A stretch of DNA of 64,000 bases from Gnetum montanum. Taxonomy: Eukaryota > Plantae > Gnetophyta. Each line of letters opens with the position of its first letter. Within the stretch, counting starts at the first letter, position 1. The stretch is from assembly GCA_015680685.1 (NCBI GenBank), contig MNCI01001786.1:14022-78021 (forward strand). The letters are read 5' to 3'. The notes under the pieces were generated by a model. That model did not search any database. It was not told the origin of the DNA and saw only the letters and a list, made by a program, of their open reading frames with translations. Shown piece after piece: positions 1 to 12,794 of the stretch. A program made the translations under genes and the position numbers.

Positions 1-410
1 ATTACATTTAACCCTTCTAGTGCCCACGGACACTTTAAGTGTTATTACACAAGGGCATAATAGGTTGAAACCTGCTTTGGGGAGGACCCACTTGTGTAAT
101 TTTGTTGTAATCTTCATTAATTCTCTAGCCAGAACACACAATTTCTTACCCTCAGCTTAATTTTCATAAGTTTCTTTCCCATTTATTCACCCTCAAAACT
201 TTAACGTTCCAATATACCATTATATTCCCTTTTCTTCATAACCGTCAAAGTTTTAATTGTTCAATTCACACCAATATCATTCAAAGTGCCTCTCGAATTC
301 ATGTAATTACCCTTGAATATATTAACCCTTGCTAATGTCCTCACTTTACACATTAATTTCAAGAAAAATCATTAAAAATCGGTCTTTTCAGGTGTCTCAC
401 CTTAGTTGGG

Positions 411-501
411 ACGAGATATCGCGTACGCGATATCGCATCCCACGAGATATCATGTACGCGATGTACCATACACGATATCGCGTCCTATTTTCCTATAAAT
501 A
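411..501 (+). promoter_or_regulatory. Internal promoter-like block: GATATCGCGTACGCGATATC palindrome array plus TATA box upstream of the accessory ORF
   Basis: Perfect 20-bp palindrome at 415-434, degenerate copies to ~484, TATAAATA at 494-501. The same arrangement occurs in the LTR (3956-4083). Confidence 0.6.
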
Positions 502-970
502 GGAACCCCCACCGCAACACTTAGCATCATTTGGCCATTTACGCGGGGGGAAGTTTTTGAATTTTTTCTCTGCGACTTGCGATTGCATAACCCTTTCTTT
601 TTCACCTATATCTCACGTGCTGGTACTCCGATTTTAATTCCGTTTGAACCTGCTTGAACCCGAAGTGTTCAGTTTAGTCGTGGGGGAGGGACACTTGCTA
701 AAAGTGCCTAAATTTTTTGAAATTTTTCATCGCCCAAAGGACATCAATTAGGGTAATTAATACTAACACTTAGAAAAAATTGTGCCAAAAATAATATGAC
801 CTTAAGTATACCGGGAGATTAAAATGAAAAACCACCTAAGTCATAGGACCCATTATCATAATTTTCAGGCACGATCACACAATAACATAAGATCTTCAAT
901 TAAAGGCAAGTAGTAAGGTATAACTTGATTTCCTAAACAACCTTACTAACATTGGCCCATGTGATTGTAG

Positions 971-3757
971 ATGGCCTCGAAACGTTCACAGCAGACGAGT
1001 CCTACCCAAGGTGGAGCAAAACAACCTAGGAGAGGTAGAAGGCAAGGCCCTGCCAAACAACATAATGAATAGGAGGTGCGCTCATTTAGTATCCATCAAG
1101 AAGGACCTCCTAACAGACGATCCGAGCAGGCGGAAGGAGGAGCTGCTGCGCCTGAACCAGGACAACAACTCACATTGTCCTTGGAATGTGTTCAGGCTAT
1201 CCACACGAAGTCCACAATTGCTTCGGTGATTGTGGAGCTCAACTTCAAATCTTTCACAGAGTTCGCTCCTGAGGCTGTTAGGGATCACCTCAAAGGATCT
1301 CCCTTATGGCCTGTCCTCTCTGAAAAAGGTGTTTGGTACTTAGGAGAAATGTACCTATTCTGCCACAATAAGGAGCAAGGCACCACAGTCAACATTGGTG
1401 GTGTGACAGTAGATTTTTCTGCACAGGCAATTTTGAAAGTGTTAAACCTTCCGAATTCAAGCCCCCATGTTGCTCGATTATCCACCTGATCGGACCCTGA
1501 TGTGCGAAAGGATTGGCTAGAGAAGGCTTATGGCAAAGATAAAGCTTTTGGAGAGCTGACAACGGAAGAGAGAGTTTATTTCAAAATTGAAACCTATCAC
1601 CTCTTCCCCATAAAAGGTTTAAAAAGAATATCAACGTACGCAGCAAGAGGATTTGTAGTGTTGATGGGAAAGGTTAACGCCAACCTTCCCCATCTATATT
1701 TGATGGAGATCCTAAGGTGATTCGAAGAATGGAAGTCAGGGAAAATGGCACTCCCTTTTCCCTGCCTTATCAAAAAACTGTGTCAACGGGCTGGTATTCG
1801 GGGATATACAAATGATGTCCTCCAAAAAGCCCAAAATGCTTCTTACGCTGAATTATTAAAAGCGCCAACTCCAAGAAAGAGCACTAGCGAACAGCTGGGA
1901 CAAGAAGAAGAAGATGAAGAAGAAATGGCTAGATCCCCTGCAACTCAACTTGTAGGACCCAGTCAACCTCCAGCCACAGGTCCCAGCCAACAACAAGAAG
2001 CAGGACCCAGCACAGGCTAGGATCAACTGCCGTTGCAAGACTACAGACCGTCGATGAGCCATCTGAGGGCCATCACCGAGACGGTTAGTTGGGGAATTTG
2101 TGATGATGCTAATCTCTTCCATGTCATCGATGATGCTAGCCAGCCTACGATTTCAGTAGATCGCACACGGGGTGAGTTGTCAATGCAAACAGGAGGAGGG
2201 TAAAGTAGATGGTCACAACAGATCTCTGGACATGTAGCATCTTTTCAAGTGCAATTAGAGACTGGTGAAGGGGCCACTGTGGTGGTCATGCAACACTAGG
2301 ATGCCGCGGGAGCAGCTGAAGTGGTCGCTGATCACATCAAAGAGTCTTTCAATGTACTTGTTGTGCCACTGGCAAATCTTTCAGGAGCACAGGATGCTCC
2401 AACTATTGCCGGAACCTCAATGACTCCTGCGGAACATGAGGATGTATTGGACAGATTGCTTCAAACAGGACAAGTTTTGACGTCCTTGTTTGACATCCCC
2501 CAGGATGTAACAACAATTCAGTCAGACCTCATCTCCACAAAGGGGAAGCTGGTCCTATCCGAAGTAAGGGTAGAGCATGCTGAAGCTGAAGTGCAGAAAT
2601 TACAAGAATAGCTCATAGCCTTACAAGTAGCACAGCGGGATCCTTTGCGATTGGTTCCCGCCGACCAGCTAGACAATTTTAGAACCCAGCAACTAACAAA
2701 ACTAATTGTAGAAAATAATAAGGTTGCAGAAGAAAAGGAGATAGACACTTGGGATGCCTCCGCAGCTCAAGCACAAACTCATGCACATCTTAAGGTACTC
2801 AAGGCCTTACAAGAAGAGAATAAATAGTTGGTTGCTGAAAATCTTTGGTTGACTTCTGTGGAGAAACAAAAGAATGTTCTCAATGAACACTTTCATCAGT
2901 TGTGAGAACAATTCATTCAGGTCAACTGAGATGTAAGCTATTTAGCTAGAGAAAATTGAACCCTCTCAATGAAGGAGGTACGCGCTATTCGACAAAAATC
3001 AGCCATCAAGATTAGCGCGTGGCAGAATGAGGCTAAACGAAATGAGAAGCTGAAGGAGCATTTCCGTGATTAGGTGGGGATGTACAAACAAATCCTGAAG
3101 AAGGAGATCCATATGGCCAAAGCTCAAATCAATGACATCAGTGCCCAGCACACTGATTGGGGGGCCATATTGGACACTTATGCCTACGCCCACCAAGCGG
3201 AAATTAAGAACTGGGACTTGCAGATCCAGGACTTAACTGAATACATGGAGTTGGCAAACCTTCGATATGCCAACCTGGCCATGTTAACAGCAGGATGCCC
3301 GAGGTCAAAGCTCGAGTAGCAGGTAGCTTCCACCCATCTCAAATATGAAGCAAAATTTGTAGAGCGAAAGAAGTTGGATGAAAAATTAGATGTTGCAAGT
3401 TCTGAACTTGCGGTGGTAAAAGAAAGCTACCAAGGACAAAAAGATGTGGCAACCAACTTGGCTCGACGGCTAATAGAACTTCACGAATAGAAAGACAAAG
3501 CTAGAGCCTATGAAGAGGAACGACGAGTATTTGCAGCATGGTACGTCAAAGCTAATCAGATCTTCCCGCAACTATCCTATCCGTGGAAAGTGTCGACTCC
3601 ATCAAACATCGGAGCATCAGCATGGACAGCAAAAAACCCTTGGACCGAAGAGGAGAAGCTCCAGGCTATTCTTCAGCATCATCAACCTTCAAAGCTCGGA
3701 GCATGTGACAAAGGAAAAGCACCCATGGAGGAGCCACCACCACCAGGAACTACATGA
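971..3757 (+). pseudogene. Decayed Athila 'env-like' accessory ORF (ATHILA ORF1/Transposase_32-like N-domain, long coiled coil, Trp-rich C-terminal motif)
   Basis: ORF pieces 1076-1489, 1502-1720, 1745-2020, 2321-2827 and 3074-3319 are joined by stops and frameshifts (VDFSAQAILKVLNLP; NLPHLYL...LPFPCLIKKLCQRAGI). Clearly homologous to ORF 62798-63454. Confidence 0.8.
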
Positions 3758-3928
3758 GTTCCACATTTTTGTAGTTGTAGCATTTTTTCTCTGTGTTGTG
3801 TCTTCCCACACTGCGGCATTAGTCCATTTCTTTTTCTAGTTAATAATCCCATACCTATCCACTATGTAATCACTAAAGCTTGTTCTCCTTGTAACTTGAG
3901 GACGAGTTTTTATTCAGTTGTGGGGGTA

Positions 3929-4761
3929 TGATGAGATGCGGTTCGCACAGGCCGCAATATCGCGTATGCGATATCGCAGCCGATGCAATATTGCATCCCC
4001 CGCGATATCGCATACATGATATTGCATCTTCCCCTACGATATTGCGTACGCGATATCGCAATCTACCGCCATATCTATAAATAAGACGTGGCCCTCCCTT
4101 GTTCGGGATCCCAGTTTTAGAGTAGTGAAGCTCTGGCAGTTTGATCCCTCNNNNNNNNNNNNNNNNNNNNNNNNNNNNNNNNNNNNNNNNNNNNNNNNNN
4201 NNNNNNNNNNNNNNNNNNNNNNNNNNNNNNNNNNNNNNNNNNNNNNNNNNNNNNNNNNNNNNNNNNNNNNNNNNNNNNNNNNNNNNNNNNNNNNNNNNNN
4301 NNNNNNNNNNNNNNNNNNNNNNNNNNNNNNNNNNNNNNNNNNNNNNNNNNNNNNNNNNNNNNNNNNNNNNNNNNNNNNNNNNNNNNNNNNNNNNNNNNNN
4401 NNNNNNNNNNNNNNNNNNNNNNNNNNNNNNNNNNNNNNNNNNNNNNNNNNNNNNNNNNNNNNNNNNNNNNNNNNNNNNNNNNNNNNNNNNNNNNNNNNNN
4501 NNNNNNNNNNNNNNNNNNNNNNNNNNNNNNNNNNNNNNNNNNNNNNNNNNNNNNNNNNNNNNNNNNNNNNNNNNNNNNNNNNNNNNNNNNNNNNNNNTAA
4601 ACCATACGTGACATATGCAAACTAGTCTAGGTGGGAAGCGAACTACAATCTAAGGCTAACTATCTAGGTGCCACAACTAGTCCATCTGTGGAGTTCAACT
4701 GGATCGTGCATGCGACGCTCGTTTCGTATGATTGAGTGTAGGGGTACCTCGCCACTCATCA
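3929..4761 (+). repeat. 3' LTR (contains N gap)
   Basis: TGATGAG...CTCATCA inverted termini; the 3' end aligns with the LTRs at 5519-6370, 12795-13608 and 17965-18784. Confidence 0.9.
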
Positions 4762-5339
4762 ATTATGCATATAGTCACAATTACTAACATAAAAAGATTT
4801 TTGATAGTGTGATTATCTATGATCTGCATGATTTTGATGCTTTCATAGTTAAATAAAATAATGCAAGTATCATGTGAGTCACATTATTGCACATCTCTAG
4901 TTGTGGAGAACTGTGAACCACATGAATTTAGAGAAATCTAAATTGTGAGGTCATGCAAGTTGCTGGTTCTCATAGTATGTTCAAGGTTAATGTTCAATAA
5001 ATGTAGATACCATATATTATCAACTTGGATTGTAAACTATTATTCCAACTTTAGAAATGAGGAATATAAACAACCTTTTTCTTAGTGATCATAAAGTAAT
5101 TTCGTTATTTATGGCATCTCTAAAATGATTCCAATGAAAAATGAATATTAGGAAATGTAGAAATGGTTGAGCTCTTCAACTTTAATTACCTCATATCAAA
5201 TTATTCTATACAAAAATGATGCATCAAATGACAAAAAATCATTATAAACAATCAAGATAGAATCTATCAATTGTGTCAAAAATCATAAAAATTTACATGG
5301 TTTTCCAAAAAAAAAAAAGAGTCAACAATGACTTCATTT

Positions 5340-7620
5340 AACACCCTCCACATGGGTATCTTCCTCCATTTCTTCTACAGCTCTAGTGTCAATGAATCCA
5401 TCCTCAATCACTATGCCATCAACCTGCCCAGCAGGGTTATCTTCCATCTAAGCCATATATGATGGTCCTACCTTTACTGTAGGCTTTAATGTGGTCATGT
5501 CCATCAACTTAGGGTTAGTGATGAGTCATGAATTGCTGGCTGTGATATCGCACCCATGATATCGTGTACGTGATATCGCAGCCTAGACACCATATTGCGT
5601 ACGCGATATCGTAGCCTATCTCCTCATCTATAAATAAGAGGCAGGAAGTTTTGGAAGAGAGAGTTAAGTTTTAGTAGTAGTTTTTAGTATTAAGGTAGAT
5701 ACTTTTTGTCAATTTTTCCTCTCAACCCTTTCTCCCAATGCATGCTCGCAGTGTGATGATTGTAATTGTACAACATCCTTATTCAAGTGTGATTTACTTG
5801 GACATGCACAGGACCGGCAATAAAGATCGAGATTACTTCATCATTGCAGCATCCACTTAGCTTAATTATTTAATTATTATTGTTATTTATTGCTTTCTTA
5901 GTTAATATCTCTCTACCCTTATCTCCTAGTAACATAGAATGAGTACGACTTAATCACGAGCATTTAAGTGTGACTACTTGGTAACCCAGTAGAGTACCTA
6001 GGCCATGTGTTTGGTAATCCCAATAGTAGTCATGCACAAGGTCCAAGATGTGTATGGATGATTAAGGAATGGATACTCCTCACACTTAGGATAGTTTAGA
6101 TTCTCTCTCTCATCCTCTCTCCTAGCCTAGTTGATATTATTTTCCATCATTTCCAGGAGTAGCATTAGGGTAAGGACACATCATACACCTGACTCTAAAC
6201 TAAACCATACGTGACAAAGCTAATACTAGTCCAGGTGGGAAGACAGTGAACTATGATCTACGAGTAACTGTCTAGATACCACAACTAGTCCGTCTACGGA
6301 GTTCGACCAGATCGTGCGTGAAATGCTTGTATTCGTATGGTTGAGTGTAGGGGTACCTCGCCACTAATCAGTTAGGAATTTCATCCACCAACTCCCTTGA
6401 ACCAATGTCTCTATGCAATTCCCTCAACTACTAAAATGTATATTTAGCTATGTACCATAGTTGATTGCTAGATAGGTTTGCCTCCTCTCTAGGTAGCTAA
6501 AACGTTGATGCATCTAAGACTTGACTACATCAATCCTTGTAGAAAGATCCTCTATGCATGTTGTTATCCTAGCCTTTATTACCTCCAAGTATTGAAAAAT
6601 GGTAGCCCCATCTCTAAAGTACTTTTGTTGTAGTGAATGAACATGGATAGCATGGGGTTGATCAACTATACCATAGTACTCATCCCATCCATCCTTACCA
6701 CCATCCTATGGCACTCAAGGATCAAGGAGCCATACCAAATCATTAAAACAAGTCTTAGGGATCCATTGAGGATAAAATGCACATCCCAAATGAGGCAATT
6801 GGTCCTCATTGAACACATGCACCTACTTTGCATCATGATCATGAGGTGGAATCTGTTGATTCCTAAAAAGAGTAGATGTGACTAAAGGAAATGAAATTGT
6901 TAATGCATCCCTAGTAAGGATTTGCATCCTCCTAAGTAAAATGTGGGGGTAGTTCAAGGAATAGTCTCCCTCCAAATCAAGTAGGACCATCAATGTTAAA
7001 TACATCACATATGTGTGATGAGTGACAACAAGGAGATTGGTGTGAATAGCCCTCATAAGAACTCTCCATTCAAGGATGAAGTTCTTGTAAGGCTAACCAG
7101 TCTCATTTGACTCCACCTCAAGAACCATGGCAAGTAGCTCTGTTTTTATATTTGAAGATTCAATAGTGAAAAATTCCTTGCATGTACCAATGGTCATTTC
7201 AAGTGCATTCTTCAGTATCTTCTTTGTCCATGGAAACCCAAAATCACCTATGTGAACAACCATAGATGATGCTACACCTCGAACATATGACATGTACAAG
7301 CAATGTGCCCCCTCTTCATAATATTTGGTCTCACCACTCATGATGAAGACAAGGCAATGCTGAATTAGCTTGGAATGCATCTTTGGCCATACCAGTTGCA
7401 TCAATATACTGAAGTCCTTAGGACTTTGTATCAGGGTTGATTTGAAATGAGCCTCTCGATGCTAATGTTCCTCTCATGCTTGTTGCTCCTAAGCCTAATG
7501 ATATTCATTCTACTCTCTTCAAGCATCTTGTGTGATAGCTTGGGAGCCAAGCTACTATTAACCCCTTTGTCTGCCTCCTTCCCTCTTGCCCTTGAAATTT
7601 GCTAGACTTTCTTCAATCAT
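5340..7620 (-). pseudogene. Highly decayed retroelement accessory-type ORF of an unidentified family, interrupted by a solo LTR
   Basis: Pieces 7093-7404 and 6823-7056 (YSLNYPHILLRRMQ...ISFPLVTSTLFRNQQIP) resemble the NLPH..LPFP.LI motif of the other accessory ORFs and are followed by a coiled-coil-like stretch. Confidence 0.45.
5519..6370 (+). mobile_element. Solo LTR of the Athila-like family with perfect 5-bp TSD
   Basis: TGATGAG...CTAATCA flanked by GTTAG on both sides (5514-5518, 6371-6375); no PBS or PPT adjacent. Confidence 0.93.
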
Positions 7621-7706
7621 TTTCCTATGAACTACTTCTCTATGAAGACAAAATACAAAGCATTAAAAATTAAAAAACTTAAAACTCATCTAAAAATGCA
7701 TTATTT

Positions 7707-7888
7707 ATCAAAGTTGTCAACCTAGCCATCACCTTAACCCTTTGATGCATAACTTTAGTGAAAATGCACTAGATTCTTGGATATTCTTGTTTATATAAAA
7801 GAATTATATCAAAGTTATCAACCTAGCCATTATCTTAGCCCTTTAATAGGTAACTTAGTGAGAACATAGTAGATCCTTGGACATTGTT
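7707..7888. repeat. Diverged ~100-bp tandem duplication
   Basis: TATCAAAGTT(G/A)TCAACCTAGCCAT...CTTGGA(T/C)ATT occurs at ~7707 and ~7808. Confidence 0.8.
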
Positions 7889-9199
7889 AAAAACATTAAA
7901 TATCCAATGAAATGTATGCTTATGTATCATTATCATATGTTTAATGCTCACAAAAAAATTAGTAAATGAATAAAAGCATAAATATGTCTACACTCAAACT
8001 CAAATTTCCAAGAGAAACTAACAACTTCCCATCCTTCTAGTAAAATATTCTCTAGCCTACCAGTATCTTAACGATACATAATAATTTTTTTTCATCACAA
8101 TTTTTTTTTAACATTCACTAACATATTAACATCTAATTCATACATAACAATTTCTTTTAACATGATGTAAGACTTTGTTGAATGCATTAATCACATAATT
8201 CTCTTTTTTTTTAAAACTTCCTATTTTATTATTTAATATTAATACCTATATTCACGCATATGCAAACTATGTTGAAAACTTAGGTTATATTTGCACTTTT
8301 AAAAAATTCTACTTTTGCTATCTTTTGTTTGGGATTTCAAAACTCAAGATATGTTTGGGTTTCTAATAAAATCTATTTTCTCCTATATTTTGTTTGGGAT
8401 TTCATGGCATAGAATGATCCTGCTCAACCTAAGGGTGTTTCTTATTAGGCATCCATTAACACTGAAGATAGTCCCCTAATGAGAAAACTATTTTGGTAAA
8501 TTTTAAGTATGAATCTAACTGATTCTAGTCTTAAGTTTTCATGTTCTTTAGCTTAATTCCAATCATGCATGCTTCCAAAGATAGTAGTTATTGCCATTGA
8601 ACTTTTCTATTTCTTCAATGTACTTAGTACCACTCGCCATCTTGAAATACTCCTACTTAATGAATTAAAAGTTTTGGAACAATCTCAATTAGAAAAATCC
8701 AAGCTCTATAGGAGGAATATAAATAAGCAAATGGAAATGACATAAATAACATAATTGTGTTTGTTGTAAGAATTCCAACAATTAGTTCAACTCCTAGCAT
8801 TCAAGTCTTCTTAATTCAAAGCTTGCAACAAGCACAAAGAAAGCTTACACAACAAGAAGCTTACTTGAAGAGAGTGCAACTTAAATTTGCTTCACATACC
8901 CTTTGAAGCACGATGCCTTGGAAAAAGGTCAAATTATAGAGTTATAATTCATCATCAATTATGGTCAAATTAAGTGTTACCAGTCCCCACATCTTTCACC
9001 ATCTCCTAGAATAGAAGAGGTTGAGGTTGGCATGTTAATAGACTAAATGAAAGTCTAATCTCTTTAAAAATACTTATTTTGTGAAGATCCCTAGATAAAT
9101 GAAAGCCGAACCTCTGTCAAATGGTTGTACCCAGTTTGGTTCCTATTAAGATCCTCATCACAATCTTAAATATTGGTGACATTAAATATATATATATTA

Positions 9200-10500
9200 C
9201 GTTTGGTTTCTTGCATCGATTACAGTTGTAAAATCTATCATTAAACCAGTTTTTCTTTCAACAGTTTTAATGTATAATAGCTTTTTATCTAGAGGCTTCA
9301 TTATAGATGTAAGATAGAATTTACTGATTTTAGAAGTTGGTAACATGTCCCCTAAATACGTCGTCACGAAAGAGGCTGCGCATCTGCAGAAAGCATCTTC
9401 TTTGTTTATACCATTTCCCCTAAATACGTCGTCACGAAAGAGGCTGCGCATCTGCAGAAAGCATCTTCTTTGTGTTACCTTCGCAATAAAAATTAAAGCA
9501 AAAATTTAGTCAATCTTGCTATCGAAATAGGACAATCAATTTGAAGTTAAACAAGTCGACAAGCTACAGTGTAGATAGAAAAAGCTTGCCTTAGACAGGA
9601 TTAGGTTTTAAAACATCTTATTATTTAAAAAAAAAATAGAAGAATGTCTAGAATAACCGTATGTATTAGTGCCTGCAATTTTCATTTTTGAAATTTCATC
9701 AGGGACACCAAAGTTCTTGGAGACCAAAACTAATACAGTTCATTCGAAAATGAAAACATGAAATAACGTTGTTCATTCAAAATTTTTCTTTGTAATCAAT
9801 CGCAGAAAACCCTAGCACGCTAAAACAAAACAACATTTCTAAAAAAAGGCACAAATGTACATACCATGCCCGTCATTGTCGTTAGCGCTAACGAATTCTA
9901 CTATCTCCTGTGACTGGCGGCAATGGTGCTATCGTTCTCAGTGCACTCTCCTTTGATGCGATTTACTTCAGGGGAATAAATGGTAGGAATGTGTTGTTTT
10001 CTTCGCAACAACCCTATTTTTATTTTTTGACATTTTTGCGTGATGCGACCAACTACGGATGGTATCCACCTTGTAGTTTAAAACTACAAAATGTGGGACA
10101 TAGTTATTTATGTGACATGCAATTATCAATTTGTATTGTGCATCGTTGGATATACTGCAAACCGCAATTCAATGAAAAATGCGAGCAACAAGGGCTCACA
10201 CTGTCCACACCAAGTTTGTATTTCTTGTTAATTGTTAAACTAGAACTCACACAATACTCACTAACAGTAGATGAAAATCGCATGAGATCACATTCTTAGG
10301 AAGCAAATGTCGTGTGACTCGTAGTAAATGTGAAATTTATTGTGGCGATACGCTGCTCATAGACGCTGCTGCAGTTACAATATGCTGCTCATGACATTGC
10401 AGGAGGAATGAATGGAACAGTCTGCATAGAAATTCTCAATTATGTTAAATTGAATGAACCAAATATGTGTAGATTGGGACATGATAGTAGATCGAAACTT
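9200..10500 (-). promoter_or_regulatory. CpG-retaining non-TE island; candidate host promoter and first exon
   Basis: Many intact CG dinucleotides relative to the flanks; telo-box AAACCCTA at ~9808; minus-strand ATGACGGGCATG|GTATGT donor at 9864. Confidence 0.35.
9348..9473. repeat. Perfect 58-bp direct repeat, period 68 bp
   Basis: TCCCCTAAATACGTCG...GCATCTTCTTTGT is identical at 9348-9405 and 9416-9473. Confidence 0.95.
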
Positions 10501-11349
10501 CTTTAAATTGTTTTGGCTATTATAATTACTGTTCGACTATTCAAGAACTTACAACCAAAGAACACAATAGGGCTACCATAAGAGATAATATGATTGGGGA
10601 CAAAATTTGTAGCATTTGAGAGATAAATACAGGCTTCAAACCATCACTCAGGAATTTTCTTTCCTACTAACATAGAGAGAATTTTGCACTTCAAGTAAGC
10701 CTAAAGGTAGCCAACATCATAAACTTCTCTCCATGCAACCTAGGTATGTTACTACATCATATTTGAATGTGAGGGAGATGAGTTCTGGTTCTCACGTTGG
10801 CTATTTTCATTACATTCTTCAAATAATAAATAAGGAATGTTACATTGTTATACTTAACAATCATAAATTAGATTTTCAAAATTAGTTAATTAGATCTAGA
10901 TTATGTCTCTACTTTCTATAAATATTTTTCTACAACACTTTTGAGTAGAAAGATTTTGTTGTCGATTTTTAGTAGGGCTTTCCCAACTTGAAAATATTTT
11001 GTTACTTGCCAACCCATTTTCATTTTCTAAAGACAAAAACTTAGACTAAATCTTCTCGACATATTTTTCAAGTTCAAGAATGCTCTCTCTATCTATGGGC
11101 ATATTCTTTGCAAAATTTTTGAATGCCTTTTTCAATTTTGGTATTTTTTTTGTCTAGCTTGGATTTGCATTATCCTCAAATGCTTCTAATTTCTCATCTA
11201 ATTTCTAAACTTCCTTTTTATAGTGCTCATGGTAAGATATTGTATTGCTCTATATCTCATTACTATTTGATTTCTTGGTGGTTGATCCAAATGTCTCAAG
11301 TGTCATCCCTAACTATGATGCCTATTCATGGCTTGGAAATTCATGAGGC

Positions 11350-12794
11350 ATAAATGAATTTAGCTTAAAAGGATTCTTGAATACTCATCTCTCAAGAAGA
11401 ACTTATATGCACTGGTATGTGCTTTGACTAATATCAAGACTTTCATTGAATGCTTGCAAAAATAACCGAGGCTAGATCATCTACACTCATAGAAAATAGT
11501 GAAAGAGAACACCTTGGACACCTTGTACCATGTATCTCATTTCAAAGAATTTTGACTCTGCACAAGATATTCATCTTCTTTATATAGGACTTGTTTACAA
11601 TCATCATCATAGATTTCAATAGCCTTTTCCCATTACTTCTTATTGATTTCTCTATCCTTTCTATGTATTAGATATCCTATAGCTTTAAGTCTTGCATTGT
11701 TCCAGTAATATAGCTATACCTTTGTCAAAGTCCATATAAGCTCATTAATGTGACAGTATTTTCTATTTCTAATATCTCTCAAGAATTTTCCTTTTAGAAA
11801 AACATGATAGGACTCCATAGCATTATTTTTGTGTTGTTGAGCATGTGGAATATCATGTAGGCTTTTGCCCACATTCCTTATAAATGAATGCTTGAGTCCA
11901 TAATAAGAAAAAAACAATGGAATATCCAATCTAAATTTGTTAATAATGTTATTAGAACATCAAATAATATATACTTACAAAATTTATCTCCATTTATCCA
12001 CTGGCTCTTTAGGTAACTGATGAAATGAACATTCTGTTGATGCTCATTGACAAACTTGTTAATTTCTAGAACAATATCCATAGGAGTTTTGCATTCATTC
12101 ATAATAAATTTTAGATGTGCTACCATTGCCTTTCTTGTTATTGAATCTCTAACCTTTGTTGTCAAGTTCTTCCTCCATGCCCTTCAAACATGCCAAATGC
12201 ATAGAGAAATATGACAACCAAATACAGACATGAAGATTTTAGATAATGTTGCTCATTCAATTTTGATATCTCCATGTTTTGAACTAAATTTTAAAATTAC
12301 ATAATAAATTTTAGTGTTTTAACTGTTGCCTTACTACATTCATTTCAACTTTTGAATCATCTAGCATGAAACCATTTATTGCCCATCATGGCTCTTGGGA
12401 CTTGCATCTTCTCATCAATTCATAAAGCCAAGTTGTGATATCCCTCTATGTACACCTAGAGAAGATCACCCATGTTATAGGTAGTTCATTGTAGTATGAA
12501 TTGAAAGCCATGATTGTGTGAAGATGGAGTTATTTAGAAAAATACCATTTATATTAGAAAAATGAGCCAATTGCAATACAAAATTTTCTTGATACATGGT
12601 TTCTAATAAATCTTCAAAATTCTACTTACTTCATATTTGTTGGTGTTGAAGGTTGAATCCATAGCAAGTATGTTGTTTTGAAATAAACCTATCCTCTTTT
12701 TTAGCATCCATGGTGATTGCAACCTGATGATTATTATGATAGACTATTCGATGTTTTCCTCTTGATAGTAAAAGAAAAAATTTATGGTGCTTTT
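11350..12794 (-). pseudogene. MULE (Mutator-like) transposase, catalytic and SWIM part, decayed
   Basis: CIWHV*RAWRKNL (~12170-12205), MWAK..DIPHAQQ.NNAMESYH..LK (11790-11875) and SWIM-like EC...SLGYFCKHS (~11450-11490); probable GT-AG intron at ~11880-11977. Confidence 0.8.

Larger units (their letters stand above)
1..4761 (+). mobile_element. 3' part of an Athila-like Ty3/Gypsy LTR retrotransposon (3' non-coding region, accessory ORF, PPT, 3' LTR); begins left of the window
   Basis: PPT-like AGTTGTGGGGGTA directly before an LTR starting TGATGAG (3929) and ending CTCATCA (4761). Same layout as the elements at 24016-34383 and 59980-64000. Confidence 0.88.

Noticed and set aside
4117-4625. 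Long ORFs containing X (also 14872-15273)
   Set aside because: Artefacts of N gaps.
8400-9180. Specific family assignment for this TE-like stretch
   Set aside because: It looks like retroelement non-coding DNA, but I found no diagnostic motif I can support.
9939-9960. CAGTGCACTCTCCTTTG resembling a miR399 star or target site
   Set aside because: Only a partial match, with no complementary arm or IPS1-type bulge.
9800-10100. Telomerase RNA or snRNA gene (AAACCCTA; USE-like GTCCCACATT)
   Set aside because: No correctly spaced TATA and no recognisable snRNA or telomerase-RNA conserved blocks.
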